The notes below the pieces were generated by a model that saw nothing but the letters and a program-made list of their open reading frames with translations, had not been told where the DNA came from and did no database searches. Of a stretch of DNA of 64,000 nt, positions 23,227 to 35,778 are shown one piece after another. Position numbers and translations under genes: made by a program. How positions within the stretch are numbered: position 1 is the first letter of the stretch; every line of letters starts with the position of its first letter. Source of the stretch: Macrostomum lignano (lineage: Eukaryota); NCBI GenBank assembly GCA_002269645.1, contig NIVC01001391.1, forward strand, positions 1 to 64,000. The letters run 5' to 3'.

Positions 23227-26200
23227 TCAGCTGAAACTGCTGTGGCTGCTGCGCCGTCCTCCATCGATGGAGCTCTGCGAGCCGCCCGACTGCTGCGAGT
23301 GCGAGGCGGCAGCGGCGGCCGCGGCGCCGTCAGAGGAGCCGGTGGAGAGCTTGGCGCCGTACCACTTGCCCACCTTGTCGTTCATGCGCGACAGGATTGC
23401 GTTGCCGGCCTCGAATGCAGCCAGGATCTCCTCCTTCCACTGCGAGATCAGGACCCGGTCCTGACAGGGGGAGGGGTTTGATCGGGTTGTTACCCTCCGC
23501 CTGCCTCTGCTACCCTCTGCCTGCCTCTGCTACCCTCCATCTGCCTCTGCTACCCTCCGCCTGCCTCTGCTACCCTCCGCCTGCCTCTGCTACCCTCCTT
23601 CAACCCCAGGCCGAACAGCCCCCAGCTGCTCAAAGTTTTCTAGAAGTTAAACACTCGGACGAGTCGAGCAATTTGCAGAACCTGTTCGCTTCTGGCGAGC
23701 TGAAGGCGCCGCCATCAGCTGCGGCACCGTGGACCGAATTTGCGGTACTCGCAAAAAATGAATAGAAAAGCGCAGGCAGGAGGCAGGCAGCTGCGCACGG
23801 GGGAGGAGATTGGGAGAAAACTTAATCATCTTCATCAGGCTGGGAGGCTGTGGCAGCAGCTGCGCAGTGGAATAATAGATTTTGAGGCGGGGCCCGAGCT
23901 GCTCACGGCTGCCCTAATGAAATCCGTCTCATTGACTGCCTCGGGATACCAGTGCGCTCACTGCCGACTGCCGACTGCCCCGCCCTCCGCCTCACGCTGA
24001 CAGAGAAGTACGCAGTGTTTGGCTGGCTGGGAACGATCCGCTTTGTGCAATCTAATCTTACATCAATCCTATCCAATCTCTTTTTAATGATCTCTAGTCT
24101 CACACCAGCCATCTCTAATCTTGCATCAATCCTATCCAATCTCTTTTTAATGATCTCTAATCTCACACCAGCCATCTCTAATCTTACATCAATCCTATCT
24201 AATCGCTTATTAATGATCTCTAATCTCACACCAGCCGTCTCTAATCTTACATCAATCCTATGCAATCGCTTATTAGTGATCTCTAGTCTCACACCAGCCA
24301 TCTCTAATCTTGCATCAATCCTATCTAATCGCTTATTAGTGATCTCTAATCTCACACCAGCAATCTCTAATCTTACATCAATCCTATCTAATCGCTTATT
24401 AGTGATCTCTAGTCTCACACCAGCCATCTCTAATCTTGCATCAATCCTATCTAATCGCTTATTAGTGATCTCTAATCTCACACCAGCCATCTCTAATCTT
24501 GCATCAATCCTATCTAATCGCTTATTAGTGATCTCTAATCTCACACCAGCCATCTCTAATCTTACATCAATCCTATCCAATCTCTTTTTAATGATCTCTA
24601 GTCTCACACCAGCAATCTCTAATCTTGCATCAATCCTATCTAATCGCTTATTAGTGATCTCTAATCTCACACCAGCCATCTCTAATCTTACATCAATCCT
24701 ATGCAATCTCTTTTTAATGATCTCTAATCGTAAACCAAATATCTCTAATATCACCTATCTTATCTCATATTAATAATAACCTAGCTCTTATAACAACCGT
24801 TTGCCAACTAGCCAAAAATTCGAGTATCTTCATATCGGACGCAAACAAACATCCCCTCGCGAGTGCATTCACAAGCATTCTCATAATCCCAATGAAAGCA
24901 GGATTCGAGTTGCGGCGAGTTCGCGCAGTGCACAGCAGCTTCTCATTGAAATCGGGAGCTGGCCTGTCAGCGCAGGCCTCAAACAGGCAATATTATCCAG
25001 CCCCGAATCCCCCGGGTCTGCCTTTCATCAATCCGTGCAATATTACACCATCCTGTGTGAGCTCAACCCACGAGGGCAAATCCCTTTGCCAGATATGAAA
25101 ACTAGTCGGTGGCTGAGTCACGTCCCGGCCGGCCAGCACCCGCCGTCACGGGGGGGGCAGTGAGGTCAGAGAGCGCGTGTGACGCACGAGCATTTCGCCC
25201 GGATGCCTACGACTGCATGCACTTTTGCGGTTGAGTGCGAAGTGCTCTTTTAATTGCGATCACTAACTCCCGTTGCTACCTACAGTTTTTTCAATCTTGG
25301 CAAGCCCTAAAACTTAAAAGTACTACTTTGCTAAAACTTTTTTGTACAGATTGGTCCGATTATCACGTAGTCGTGCATTCCCTCAGTTCCGACACTTTTC
25401 TGCCCTTCGCAATGTACAATTGTACATCCATTCCCTCAGTTCCGATACTTTTCTGCCCTTCGCAATCTACAATTGTACATCCATTCCCTCAGTTCCGATA
25501 CTTTTCTGCTCTTCGCAATGTACAATTGTAAATCTACTCCCTCAGTTCCGATACTTTTCTGCCCTTCGCAATGTACAATTGTACATCTACTCCCTCAGTT
25601 CCGATACTTTTCTGCCCTTTGCAATGTACAATTGTACATCTACTCCCTCAGTTCCGATACTTTTCTGCCCTTTGCAATGTACAATTGTACATCTACTCCC
25701 TCAGTTCCGATACTTTTCTGCCCTTTGCAATCTACAATTGTACATCTACTCCCTCAGTTCCGATACTTTTCTGCCCTTCGCAATGTACAATTGTACATCT
25801 ACTCCCTCAGTTCCGATACTTTTCTGCCCTTTGCAATCTACAATTGTACATCTACTCCCTCAGTTCCGATACTTTTCTGCCCTTCGCAATGTACAATTGT
25901 ACATCTACTCCCTCAGTTCCGATACTTTTCTGCCCTTCGCAATGTACAATTGTACATCCATTCCCTCAGTTCCGATACTTTTCTGCCCTTCGCAATGTAC
26001 AATTGTACATCTACTCCCTCAGTTCCGATACTTTTCTGCCCTTCGCAATGTACAATTGTACATCTACTCCCTCAGTTCCGATACTTTTCTGCCCTTCGCA
26101 ATGTACAATTGTACATCCATTCCCTCAGTTCCGATACTTTTCTGCCCTTCGCAATGTACAATTGTACATCCATTCCCTCAGTTCCGATACTTTTCTGCCT

Positions 26201-29200
26201 TTTATCAGCAACCTACCGGCGATGTAATGTACACCTTCTGGTCGGACTTCAAGTTGATGACGATGCAATTCTCGTACTTGTTAAGCTTCTGAAACTCTGG
26301 ACAAATGTCCTTGATGTCGAACATGCTGATGAGCTCGGCGCTTTTCTTCAGCAGGACGCTGTCGCGTGACTTGCTGTGGAACTCCAGCCTGTTCGGGAAC
26401 AGCTTAAGGTGCTTTTTCTGCCAGGACTGCAGGAACGGCCCGCCCAGGCGCTGCACCTCGCCCTCCACGATGCAGTCGGAGTCTGCGGCCAGCTCGCCGC
26501 TGTCGTCCCGCTTGGCTTTGCGCTTCAGTTCGGCCTTGTCCATGTCTTGGTTGACCACCTTGAACACTGTCTCGGACACCTCCAGCTGCCAGCGCTCGGA
26601 CACGACAAGGGGGAAGTTGCGATACAGCTGCTGATCGATGTCCGTCAGCTTGATGCCTGGGGATGGGGAGGAGTGAGCCAGGAGTTCTAGGCTATCACTG
26701 CAACTGATTTTTTAGGCTTTATCACCCCATATTTTAAGCTCAACCATCCCAGACTCCTCACTCCATCATTCCAGCTTCCTTAGGGCTCCATCATCCAACA
26801 TCTCTCTAAGCTTCATCATCATAGACTCCCTAGGCCCACCATGACTCCAAACTTCTTAGGCTCATCATTCTAGACTCTTTAAGTTCCACCATCCCAGACT
26901 CCTTCAGCTATGGCATCCCAGACTCCATAGTTAAGTTATCTCAGCCTCTCCAAGCTGCATCATCCCAGTCTCGATAGGCTCTATACTCCCAGATAGTTCA
27001 TTGTCCCATATTCAAAAAACATCACCATCTAAGACTCTGCACTCCATCATACAAATAATGGATAGTTGAGACCCCTGCTTTCCGACTTCATCACTGAACC
27101 CAGACGCTCTCCCTCACCCTTGGTGTCCTCCTCGTCGAAGGAGCCGATGTCGAAGGCGTCGTGTGCGTTGACCTCGCCCCGCGGTGGCACCAATGGCGCC
27201 GGGTACTTCTGCAGGTACACCTGCGTCCAGTCGATGCCGGCGAAGAACGGCTGCTCCTTGACTTCGGCGGCGCCGCGGCCCCGACAGCCGAGGCGCTGAT
27301 CGACGTCTCTGGCCAGGAGGCCCTCCAGCAGGGCGCGGATCTCCGGCGACGCGGAGTCGGTGAGGTCCGGGCTGACGGTCAGCGTCATACGGTCGATCTC
27401 GTGTTTGTCCCGAGTCTTGTGATGCCTGAACGGGCTGTGGCCCTTGAGCAGCTTGTACAGCATGCAGCCTAGGCTGAACCAGTCCGCCGAGCTGTCGTAG
27501 GCGGCGCCCTTCTGCAACACCTCCGGCGCCATGTAGCCGTGCGTGCCGACGCTCGCGTGCGGCTTCTTGCGCGAGAAGTCGCAAGCGAGGCCGAGGTCGC
27601 TGATGCGGACGTGGCCGTTCTCGTCCAGCAGGATGTTGGCGGGCTGCGGGGAGCAGGAGATCCTGCCGCTGCTGTCTTCTTCAGATCGCCTCTAATGGAG
27701 GTCCCACTGCCTCTAATGAAAGTCCCACTGCCTCTAATTGAGATCCCACTGCCTCTAATGGAGATCCCACTGCCTCTAATGGAGGTCCCACTGCCTCTAA
27801 TGGAGATCCCACTGCCTCTAATGGAAGTCCCTCTGCCTCTAATGGAGATCCCACTGCCTCTAATGGAGGTCCCACTGCCTCTAATGGAGGTCCCACTGCC
27901 TCTAATGAAAGTCCCACTGCCTCTAATTGAGATCCCACTGCCTCTAATTGAGATCCCACTGCCTCTAATGGAGATCCCACTGCCTCTAATGAAAGTCCCT
28001 CTGCCTCTAATGGAGGTCCCACTGCCTCTAATGGAGATCCCACTGCCTCTAATGGAGACCCCACTGCCTCTAATGGAGATCCCACTGCCTCTAATGGAGG
28101 TCCCTCTGCCTCTAATAGAGATCCCACTGCCTCTAATGGAAGTCCCTCTGCCTCTAATGGAGATCCCACTGCCTCTAATGGAGGTCCCACTGCCTCTAAT
28201 GGAGGTCCCACTGCCTCTAATGAAAGTCCCACTGCCTCTAATTGAGATCCCACTGCCTCTAATTGAGATCCCACTGCCTCTAATGGAGATCCCACTGCCT
28301 CTAATGGAAGTCCCTCTGCCTCTAATGGAGGTCCCACTGCCTCTAATGGAGATCCCACTGCCTCTAATGGAGACCCCACTGCCTCTAATGGAGATCCCAC
28401 TGCCTCTAATGGAGGTCCCTCTGCCTCTAATGGAGATCCCACTGCCTCTAATGGAGACCCCACTGCCTCTAATGGAGATCCCACTGCCTCTAATGGAGGT
28501 CCCACTGCCTCTAATGGAGATCCCACTGCCTCTAATTGAGATCCCACTGCCTCTAATTGAGATCCCACTGCCTCTAATTGAGATCCCATTTCCTCTAGTT
28601 GAGATGCCACTGCCTCTAATTGAGATCCCACTGCCTCTAATTGAGATCCCACTGCCTCTAATTGAGATCCCACTGCCTCTAATGGAGATCCCACTGCCTC
28701 TAATTGAGATCCCACTGCCTCTAATGGAGATCCCACTGCCTCTAATTGAGATCCCACTGCCTCTAATTGAGATCCCACTGCCTCTAATGGAGATCCCACT
28801 GCCTCTAATTGAGATCCCACTGCCTCTAATTGAGATCCCATTTCCTCTAGTTGAGATGCCACTGCCTCTAATGGAGATCCCACTGCCTCTAATTGAGATC
28901 CCACTGCCTCTAATGGAGATCCCTCTGCCTCTAATTGAGATCCCACTGCCTCTAATGGAGATCCCTCTGCCTCTAATTGAGACCCCATTTCCTCTAGTTG
29001 AGATGCCACTGCCTCCGCGTAAGATTCCATCCTGGGTTTCGCCCAATGCACTACAAGCATGTTTTTCTTCTATAAAAAGTCTTTCAAAACAATTAGACTG
29101 GTGACCTTCAAGGCGTAAACAATTTCGAAATAAATCCAATCACAGGTCAGACAACTCAAAAACACTTCGAATTGGAGTCTGCAGATTTTCCCGTTTTCCC

Positions 29201-32200
29201 AATTTCCTTATTGGCCCCACCCCTCCCTCTCTTTCAACGCAGCGATCGGCGTCAGAAAGCGTCAGAGAAGGAGCCGGAAGTCAATGCCGGAGTCTAGTGG
29301 CCGGGCTCAGGAAACGCTCTCGACCCCTCTCCGCCTCCGTCAGGGGGGGGGGAGGGGCGGGGGCTGAGAGTCGGATAAGAACAGATCAAGGAATAAGGGA
29401 TTAGGATTAGGCGCGGGAGCAGTGAGGGAGATTAAGATTCGAAACAGGCGCTCACGCGGGCGGCTGCCGCACTTTGGGGACAGCGGGAGGTGACGGGAGG
29501 CCGGGGATCAGGAGATGCAGTTGAGCGAACAATTTTTAAAAACTAGCTCTCATCATTAGGGAGCCGACAGCTGGGCTGTGCGGGTTCGTGGCGCTGGAAA
29601 CTAAGAAGCTGAGAAGAGATGCAGAGGAATAAGGAGCACAGTGCGAAGAAAACTTCCCGGTGCTCATGCATGCCAGGGTCGATTCTTGGAGACCGCAAAA
29701 ATACTGAGCCCTGATCCCGGAGCTCCGCCCAGATCTGAGGACTGAATTCGCGACCCGTGATTGCAATAATTAAAACCTTTTGAATCTTAAACAGAAAAAT
29801 TCCCTGATTCTAATCTCAATGATCAACTAGGATGTCAATCTGAAGTCGCAGTTCCCAACCTACCATTTGAGATGTCTATCTGCAGTCCCAGTCCCAACCT
29901 ACCATTTGGATTGTCTATCTGCAGTCCCAGTCCCAACCTACCATTTGGATTGTCTATCTGCAGTCCCAGTTCCCAACCTACCATTTGGATTGTCTATCTG
30001 CAGTCCCAGTCCCAACCTACCATTTGGGATGTCAATCTGAAGTCCCAGTCCCAACCTACCATTTGGGATGTCAATCTGAAGTCCCAGTCCCAACCTACCA
30101 TTTGGGATGTCAATCTGAAGTCCCAGTCCCAACCTACCATTTGGATTGTCTATCTGCAGTCCCAGTTCCCAACCTACCAGCATCGCACCTTGAACATTGG
30201 GGTCACCCAGCGGTGAATATTTGAATTCCAGTTTATCAACTCTCGGTGCCACCTTCGGACTCACCTTGAGATCTCTATAGACCACGAACCTGGAGTGCAT
30301 GTGCTCAAGACCCAGGATGACCTCAGCTGCGTAAAATTTCACCTCCTTCTCAGCGAACACGCCGTGCTGGGACAGGTGGTAGTGCAGGTCGCCGCCGTTC
30401 ATGAGGTCCAGGATGAAGCACAGCTTCTCGTTGGTCTGGAAGGCGTAGGTCATGCAGACGATGAAGGGGCAGCTGTCCCCCGTGCTCACCAGGGAGAGCA
30501 TAATCCGCTCGTTCAGCGCCAGAGTCTCGCCGCCTTTCAGCTTGATTCGCTTCTTGTCCAAGCACTTCATGGCGTACATCTTGCCCGTGTCGGCCTTGCG
30601 ACAGCCGTACACCTCGCCGAACCCGCCGCGACCGATGATCCGATGCACGCTGAAGTCGTTCATAGTCAGCTGCGGGAAAAATTTGAAAGTTCTCCTTTTT
30701 AGCTGGGGTTTTCGTCCCGTTAAAATAATAATTGCCCAATTGGGCCAGATGTGCAGCCGACAGCTCAGCCGCAGCTATTGCGCGGCGCATCTGAAGTATC
30801 TGCGTGCGGCCGTTCAGTCCAAGGACTGGAGGGTCGCCACACTCACCCTCAATTACCCCGGCTAATGCTGGCACCCATTTTACAGCTGGGTGAACTGAAG
30901 CAACATAATGTCTTGCTCATAATATATAGTTCCGAGTGGGATCGGGAATCGAACCCCCGACCTTCAAGTCGTGAGTCCGACGCTCTGACCACGGGGCCAC
31001 AACCCCGTAGAACCTCAGACTGCAAGTGCATGAATGCACAACCAAAGCCGCTGCAAGATGGCCAGGTGTGCAGACAGGTGCGTCTGATGTGAGAGTGTGG
31101 ATTGGGGGTCTGAACTCTCCACCTGCATCCCTAGCATCATAGCCTTCATGCGTGTTGTTACTCGAAAATGCGGCTCCCCAGCCCAGGGTTGAGAAGGCAT
31201 ATTAAGGACAGATAGAACTCATTATTAAACAGAGCGGCTCTCCATTAGCAGCGGCACCGATCAGCCTGACCGGCATCAATGAGCATTAAAAATAGAGCCG
31301 CCGGGCTGAATAGGGGAGACCGGCGCGATCATAAAAGCTGGCGGGCGGCTCTCTCAGCAACAACAGCAAGGCGGCTGCGACTTCGCGCCCCTCCCTCCGG
31401 CTCAGCGCCCCTTTCTCCTGCGCTCTGGCGGAGCCTGCTGCCCCCCCCGCCGGCAGCTCCCAGCGGCCCCTCAGAGCCACCCGATTTTGATCAAACAAGC
31501 GGCAAGCAGTAAATCAAATTGCGGCATTATGGGAGCCAGGCGAGGGCCGGTAGGGAAGACCGGGGCAGGGGATCAGCACAGTCTGGAGAGGGTAAGACAG
31601 CAGCTGTTTTTAGTAAGCTGTTCGCCAGACCTTAAAAGGGCGCAGAATTGCCGCTGCCCGCTGCAGCAGTTCATCCATTTTTATCATCTGTGTTTGTTTG
31701 AGTCCGGCCTGCGCCATGAGACCGAACCAGGGCTGAGCGGGCGGGTATGGTTGGCCTTTCTGTACAAGTGCAGGCTTGAGCAGTTCCCCTAATTGCCCAT
31801 TCAAACATGCGCAGCACAAAATGATACAAAATCGCACCGCCTACAGAACAGGCAACACCCACACTAATTCACATGCGCAGAAACAGAATAGTCTCCGCTC
31901 AGAAACGTGTGGAATATTGAGCTGTATTGATGCATGCAGACTCACAATGCACCATGTTCAGTCTCATGCAGACTCACAATGCACTATGTTCAGTCTCATT
32001 CAGACTCACAATGAGACATGTTCAGTCTCATGCAGACTCACAATGCACTATGTTCAGTCTCATGCAGACTCACAATGCACTATGTTCAGTCTCATGCAGA
32101 CTCACAATGAGACATGTTCAGTCTCATGCAGACTCACAATGCACTATGTTCAGTCTCATGCAGACTCACAATGAGACATGTTCAGTCTCATGCAGACTCA

Positions 32201-35200
32201 CAATGCACTATGTTCAGTCTCATGCAGACTCACAATGAGACATGTTGAGTCTCATGCAGACTCACAATGCACCATGTTCAGTCTCATGCAGACTCACAAT
32301 GAGACATGTTCAGTCGCATGCAGACTCACAATGCACTATGTTCAGTCTCATGCAGACTCACAATGAGACATGTTCAGTCTCATGCAGACTCACAATGCAC
32401 TATGTTCAGTCTCATGCAGACTCACAATGAGACATGTTCAGTCTCATGCAGACTCACAATGCACTATGTTCAGTCTCATGCAGACTCACAATGAGACATG
32501 TTGAGTCTCATGCAGACTCACAATGCACCATGTTCAGTCTCATGCAGACTCACAATGAGACATGTTCAGTCTCATGCAGACTCACAATGCACTATGTTCA
32601 GTCTCATGCAGACTCACAATGAGACATGTTCAGTCTCATGCAGACTCACAATGCACTATGTTCAGTCTCATGCAGACTCACAATGAGACATGTTCAGTCT
32701 CATGCAGACTCACAATGCACTATGTTCAGTCTCATGCAGACTCACAATGAGACATGTTCAGTCTCATGCAGACTCACAATGCACTATGTTCAGTCTCATG
32801 CAGACTCACAATGAGACATGTTCAGTCTCATGCAGACTCACAATGCACTATGTTCAGTCTCATGCAGACTCACAATGAGACATGTCCAGTCTCATGCAGA
32901 CTCACAATGCACTATGTTCAGTCTCATGCAGACTCACAATGAGACATGTTCAGTCTCATGCAGACTCACAATGCACTATGTTCAGTCTCATGCAGACTCA
33001 CAATGAGACATGTTCAGTCTCATGCAGACTCACAATGCACTATGTTCAGTCTCATGCAGACTCACAATGAGACATGTTCAGTCTCATGCAGACTCACAAT
33101 GCACTATGTTCAGTCTCATGCAGACTCACAATGAGACATGTTCAGTCTCATGCAGACTCACAATGCACTATGTTCAGTCTCATGCAGACTCACAATGAGA
33201 CATGTTCAGTCTCATGCAGACTCACAATGCACTATGTTCAGTCTCATGCAGACTCACAATGAGACATGTTCAGTCTCATGCAGACTCACAATGCACTATG
33301 TTCAGTCTCATGCAGACTCACAATGAGACATGTTCAGTCTCATGCAGACTCACAATGCACCATGTTCAGTCTCATGCAGACTCACAATGAGACATGTTCA
33401 GTCGCATGCAGACTCAATGAGACATGTTGAGTCTCATGCAGACTCCCATAAAGACGCGGGTCTCTCCTAAGGGGACAAGAGAACGATGTGGCCTGCAGCG
33501 GCTTCTTTGAGAAGCAGAGCCTCCCTCTGCTATGTGCGCCTCCCCGCCCCCACTGTCGCACCGAGCTCTCGATCGCCAGCCACCCCTGTGAGCAGGGCGC
33601 GGATAATCGATTGGCTAAAAAAAGAGGCAGTCGGACAGGTAAGGCGAAGGAGGCGAGCCCGATCCCGGCGGCCCCTCCCTTATTTTGCCACCCTCTCACT
33701 TTGCCGACTACTCGCGATCCTCTCGCTCGCTTTGTGGCTCTTGAGGCAGGACAAAGTTGCGCACGCGGGGCGAGAATGACAGCGGGAGGGAGGCCTCAAC
33801 CCAGACCAGCATTAGCAGCTCTGACTGACAACTCTGATGGCTTCGCACAAACGAATCCCTCATCGGCCTTCTTTAATCCCCTTCGCTGGGTGGGGGGATG
33901 GGGCTCGTTTGGCAATTTTTTCTTCGCCCTGCAGCTCAAAAGCTGCTTAAGGCGGGCTGCGGGCCCGGCTGCGTCCAGGCAGGCGCTTCGGGGAGACACT
34001 TTTGGCCTCTTGTAGTCGGCCGGAAGCCGGGCAAGGGCGGAAGTGCAGCTTGAGACCGGCGGGTGGGGGAGGCAAATTGAATCCTCGGTGCCCTGCTCAG
34101 ACTGAAACAGCCGCCCCTCCCCTTGCCGCCACTGATATTATGGCGCAGTAGCAACAACAGCAATGTTGCAGTTTTACAATGACGATTTTACAACCTTACT
34201 CAATTCTATAATTGTTGCCTGAGTGCAGCTGTACCGGTGAGCATTTGAGCACGAGGGGGGAATTGAATTGGAATTGCACGAATTCAAATTAAAAAATATG
34301 AGCTGGTAAAACAAACTCACGAAGTCAGCTAAAAGGGATACCGCGCAGCCATGCAATTTTATGGAAACTTCCAATTGCCCTGGGCCTGGGGAGGGCCCTG
34401 GATCTGGGGTACGGAATTTGGGGAGGCTGTTGCACCTGCACTCAGTTTTATGACTCACCCGCTCAGACTGGCTGGAAGCAGATCCAGGAGCAGGGAACTT
34501 CTAAACTTAACATTGGTTATCTTCAGAGCTCTCTGTGCAGAATTTTATGAAAAAACGCCATGAATGTTTACAAATATGTTTACTTGCCCTGACCAGCATC
34601 AAGCCTAATAGGACGGGAGTGGCAATGGAGAAACTTCACTACACGACAGCCTGAAAGCGCGAGATATTCAGGGCTGAGTGACTGTAAAGTATGATGTTGA
34701 TAACAGAAATTGTTGCTGGCAATAACAGCAAAATTGGAAACTTAACTCTTTTACAACCTCAGAGTGCTGCGCCAACCCGCACCCGATGGGACCAGCCCAA
34801 TGCTCACATTAATGTTCAGCTCCAGGTTCTTCCACTGGCAGAAGCGGGTGAACCTGTCCGATTTGAGGAACGGCTCAAAGCCCTCCTTCTCGAGGACGTC
34901 GCGGATTTCCGCGGTGTACGGCCGGAAAGTGTCCTGCGGCAGGAAGTTGGACCGACGAGAGGCCGTGAGCAGTTCCTGGACATTTTTCACCAGCGACATG
35001 CTGAAGCGGTGGCTTTGAGCCAGCAGTTCCTGCATGATGAAGGAGTCGTATATGTTCCTCCCCAGCTTCAGGCGCATCTCTTCGCAGTCGAGCTCTTCGA
35101 ATTTTTGTACCTCCTCGTAGAAGGAGAGCACCTGGGCGAGCTCCTCCATTTGCTGCTCTACAAATTCTTTGAAGAGCAGAAAGCCAAGGCGTTGGTTGAA

Positions 35201-35778
35201 GATCTTGTCGAATGTGATTTCGCCAGTCTTGCTGAGGTACTTGATCATCACGCTTCGAATGCTAAAAATTTGAAAGCAAAAAATTCAATATTTCCCAAGC
35301 CTGGCTTGTACGCATTGATATCACTTTTTAATTTTAAATATTAAATTAAAAAGTTAAAAATAAAAACAAAAACTCTAAGCTAGAAAGTATGTGAAAGCGA
35401 GAAATCCTGAGTTCAAACTCAGAGCTCATTAATTATTTCGTTATTGACATGCCCTAAGTGAAGTCATATGAAAAAGCCATCATTGCTAATGCAAGAAAAA
35501 GGAGTAGAAAATCAAAGGAAGTAGTTAACAATAACTCACTCTTTGATATTTTGGTTGTGAAAAACCTAATAGTTTTTAGAAAACTTCTATAAAGCAGTCT
35601 AGAAGTATCAGTAACTTAATTTAGTTTTGAATTCGATCAATTTTCTGAATAAGTTTTTGACTTACCTTGGATCAGGAAGAGTAATTTTCTTGCTAGCTCG
35701 GGCAGCTGGAGTTGATTTTGATTTTTCCATTGCCATAAGAAAACTGACATCAGCCAATACTGCTTCTAAGTCAGCCAT
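23227..35778 (-). CDS. GRK2: G protein-coupled receptor kinase of the GRK2/3 (beta-adrenergic receptor kinase) subfamily, about 723 aa
   Basis: Exons in transcript order: 35778-35666, 35261-34808, 30669-30265, 27643-27118, 26656-26217 and 23460-23227. All GT-AG, phases consistent, 2172 nt in total. N-terminus [34 protein letters not shown]-homology domain, kinase motifs [41 protein letters not shown] region [16 protein letters not shown], and a PH domain. Confidence 0.97.
23490..23597. repeat. 20-bp minisatellite (TACCCTCCGCCTGCCTCTGC), about 5 copies, near the GRK intron 5 acceptor
   Basis: Direct tandem copies. Confidence 0.85.
24050..24735. repeat. 63-bp minisatellite, about 11 copies, GRK intron 5
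   Basis: 21-codon periodicity in both supplied ORFs 23903-24754 and 23952-24773. Confidence 0.95.
25378..26200. repeat. 53-bp minisatellite, about 15 copies, starting about 16 nt inside the GRK intron 5 donor
   Basis: Unit TACTCCCTCAGTTCCGATACTTTTCTGCCCTTCGCAATGTACAATTGTACATC. Confidence 0.95.
27689..29015. repeat. 21-bp minisatellite (CCTCTAATGGAGATCCCACTG), about 63 copies, GRK intron 3
   Basis: Direct tandem copies ending about 45 nt from the acceptor at 27644. Confidence 0.97.
29830..30180. repeat. 39-bp minisatellite, about 9 copies, near the GRK intron 3 donor
   Basis: Unit CAGTCCCAGTCCCAACCTACCATTTGGATTGTCTATCTG and variants. Confidence 0.9.
30737..31004 (-). mobile_element. tRNA-derived CORE-like SINE, near full-length copy
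   Basis: Minus strand reads TGGCCCCGTGGTCAGAGC (A box), GGTTCGATTC (B box), then GAGCAAGACATT..CAGTTCACCCAGCTGTAAAATGGGT, resembling the MIR/CORE block. The 3' tail is shared with 18212-18385. Confidence 0.78.
31930..33445. repeat. 32-bp minisatellite, about 47 copies, as an alternating two-variant 64-bp higher-order repeat
   Basis: TTCAGTCTCATGCAGACTCACAATG followed alternately by CACTATG or AGACATG. The ORF track repeats every 64 bp. Confidence 0.97.

Noticed and set aside
18212-31004. tRNA genes at 18212 and 31004
   Set aside because: A and B boxes are present, but the acceptor and anticodon stems are poor and both heads continue into a shared SINE body.
29200-34200. GC-rich islands in GRK introns (29200-29760, 31250-31750, 33450-34150) as genes or ncRNAs
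   Set aside because: They contain GC-box, CCAAT and ETS-like words but no recognisable ORF or RNA family. Motif presence alone does not support a call.
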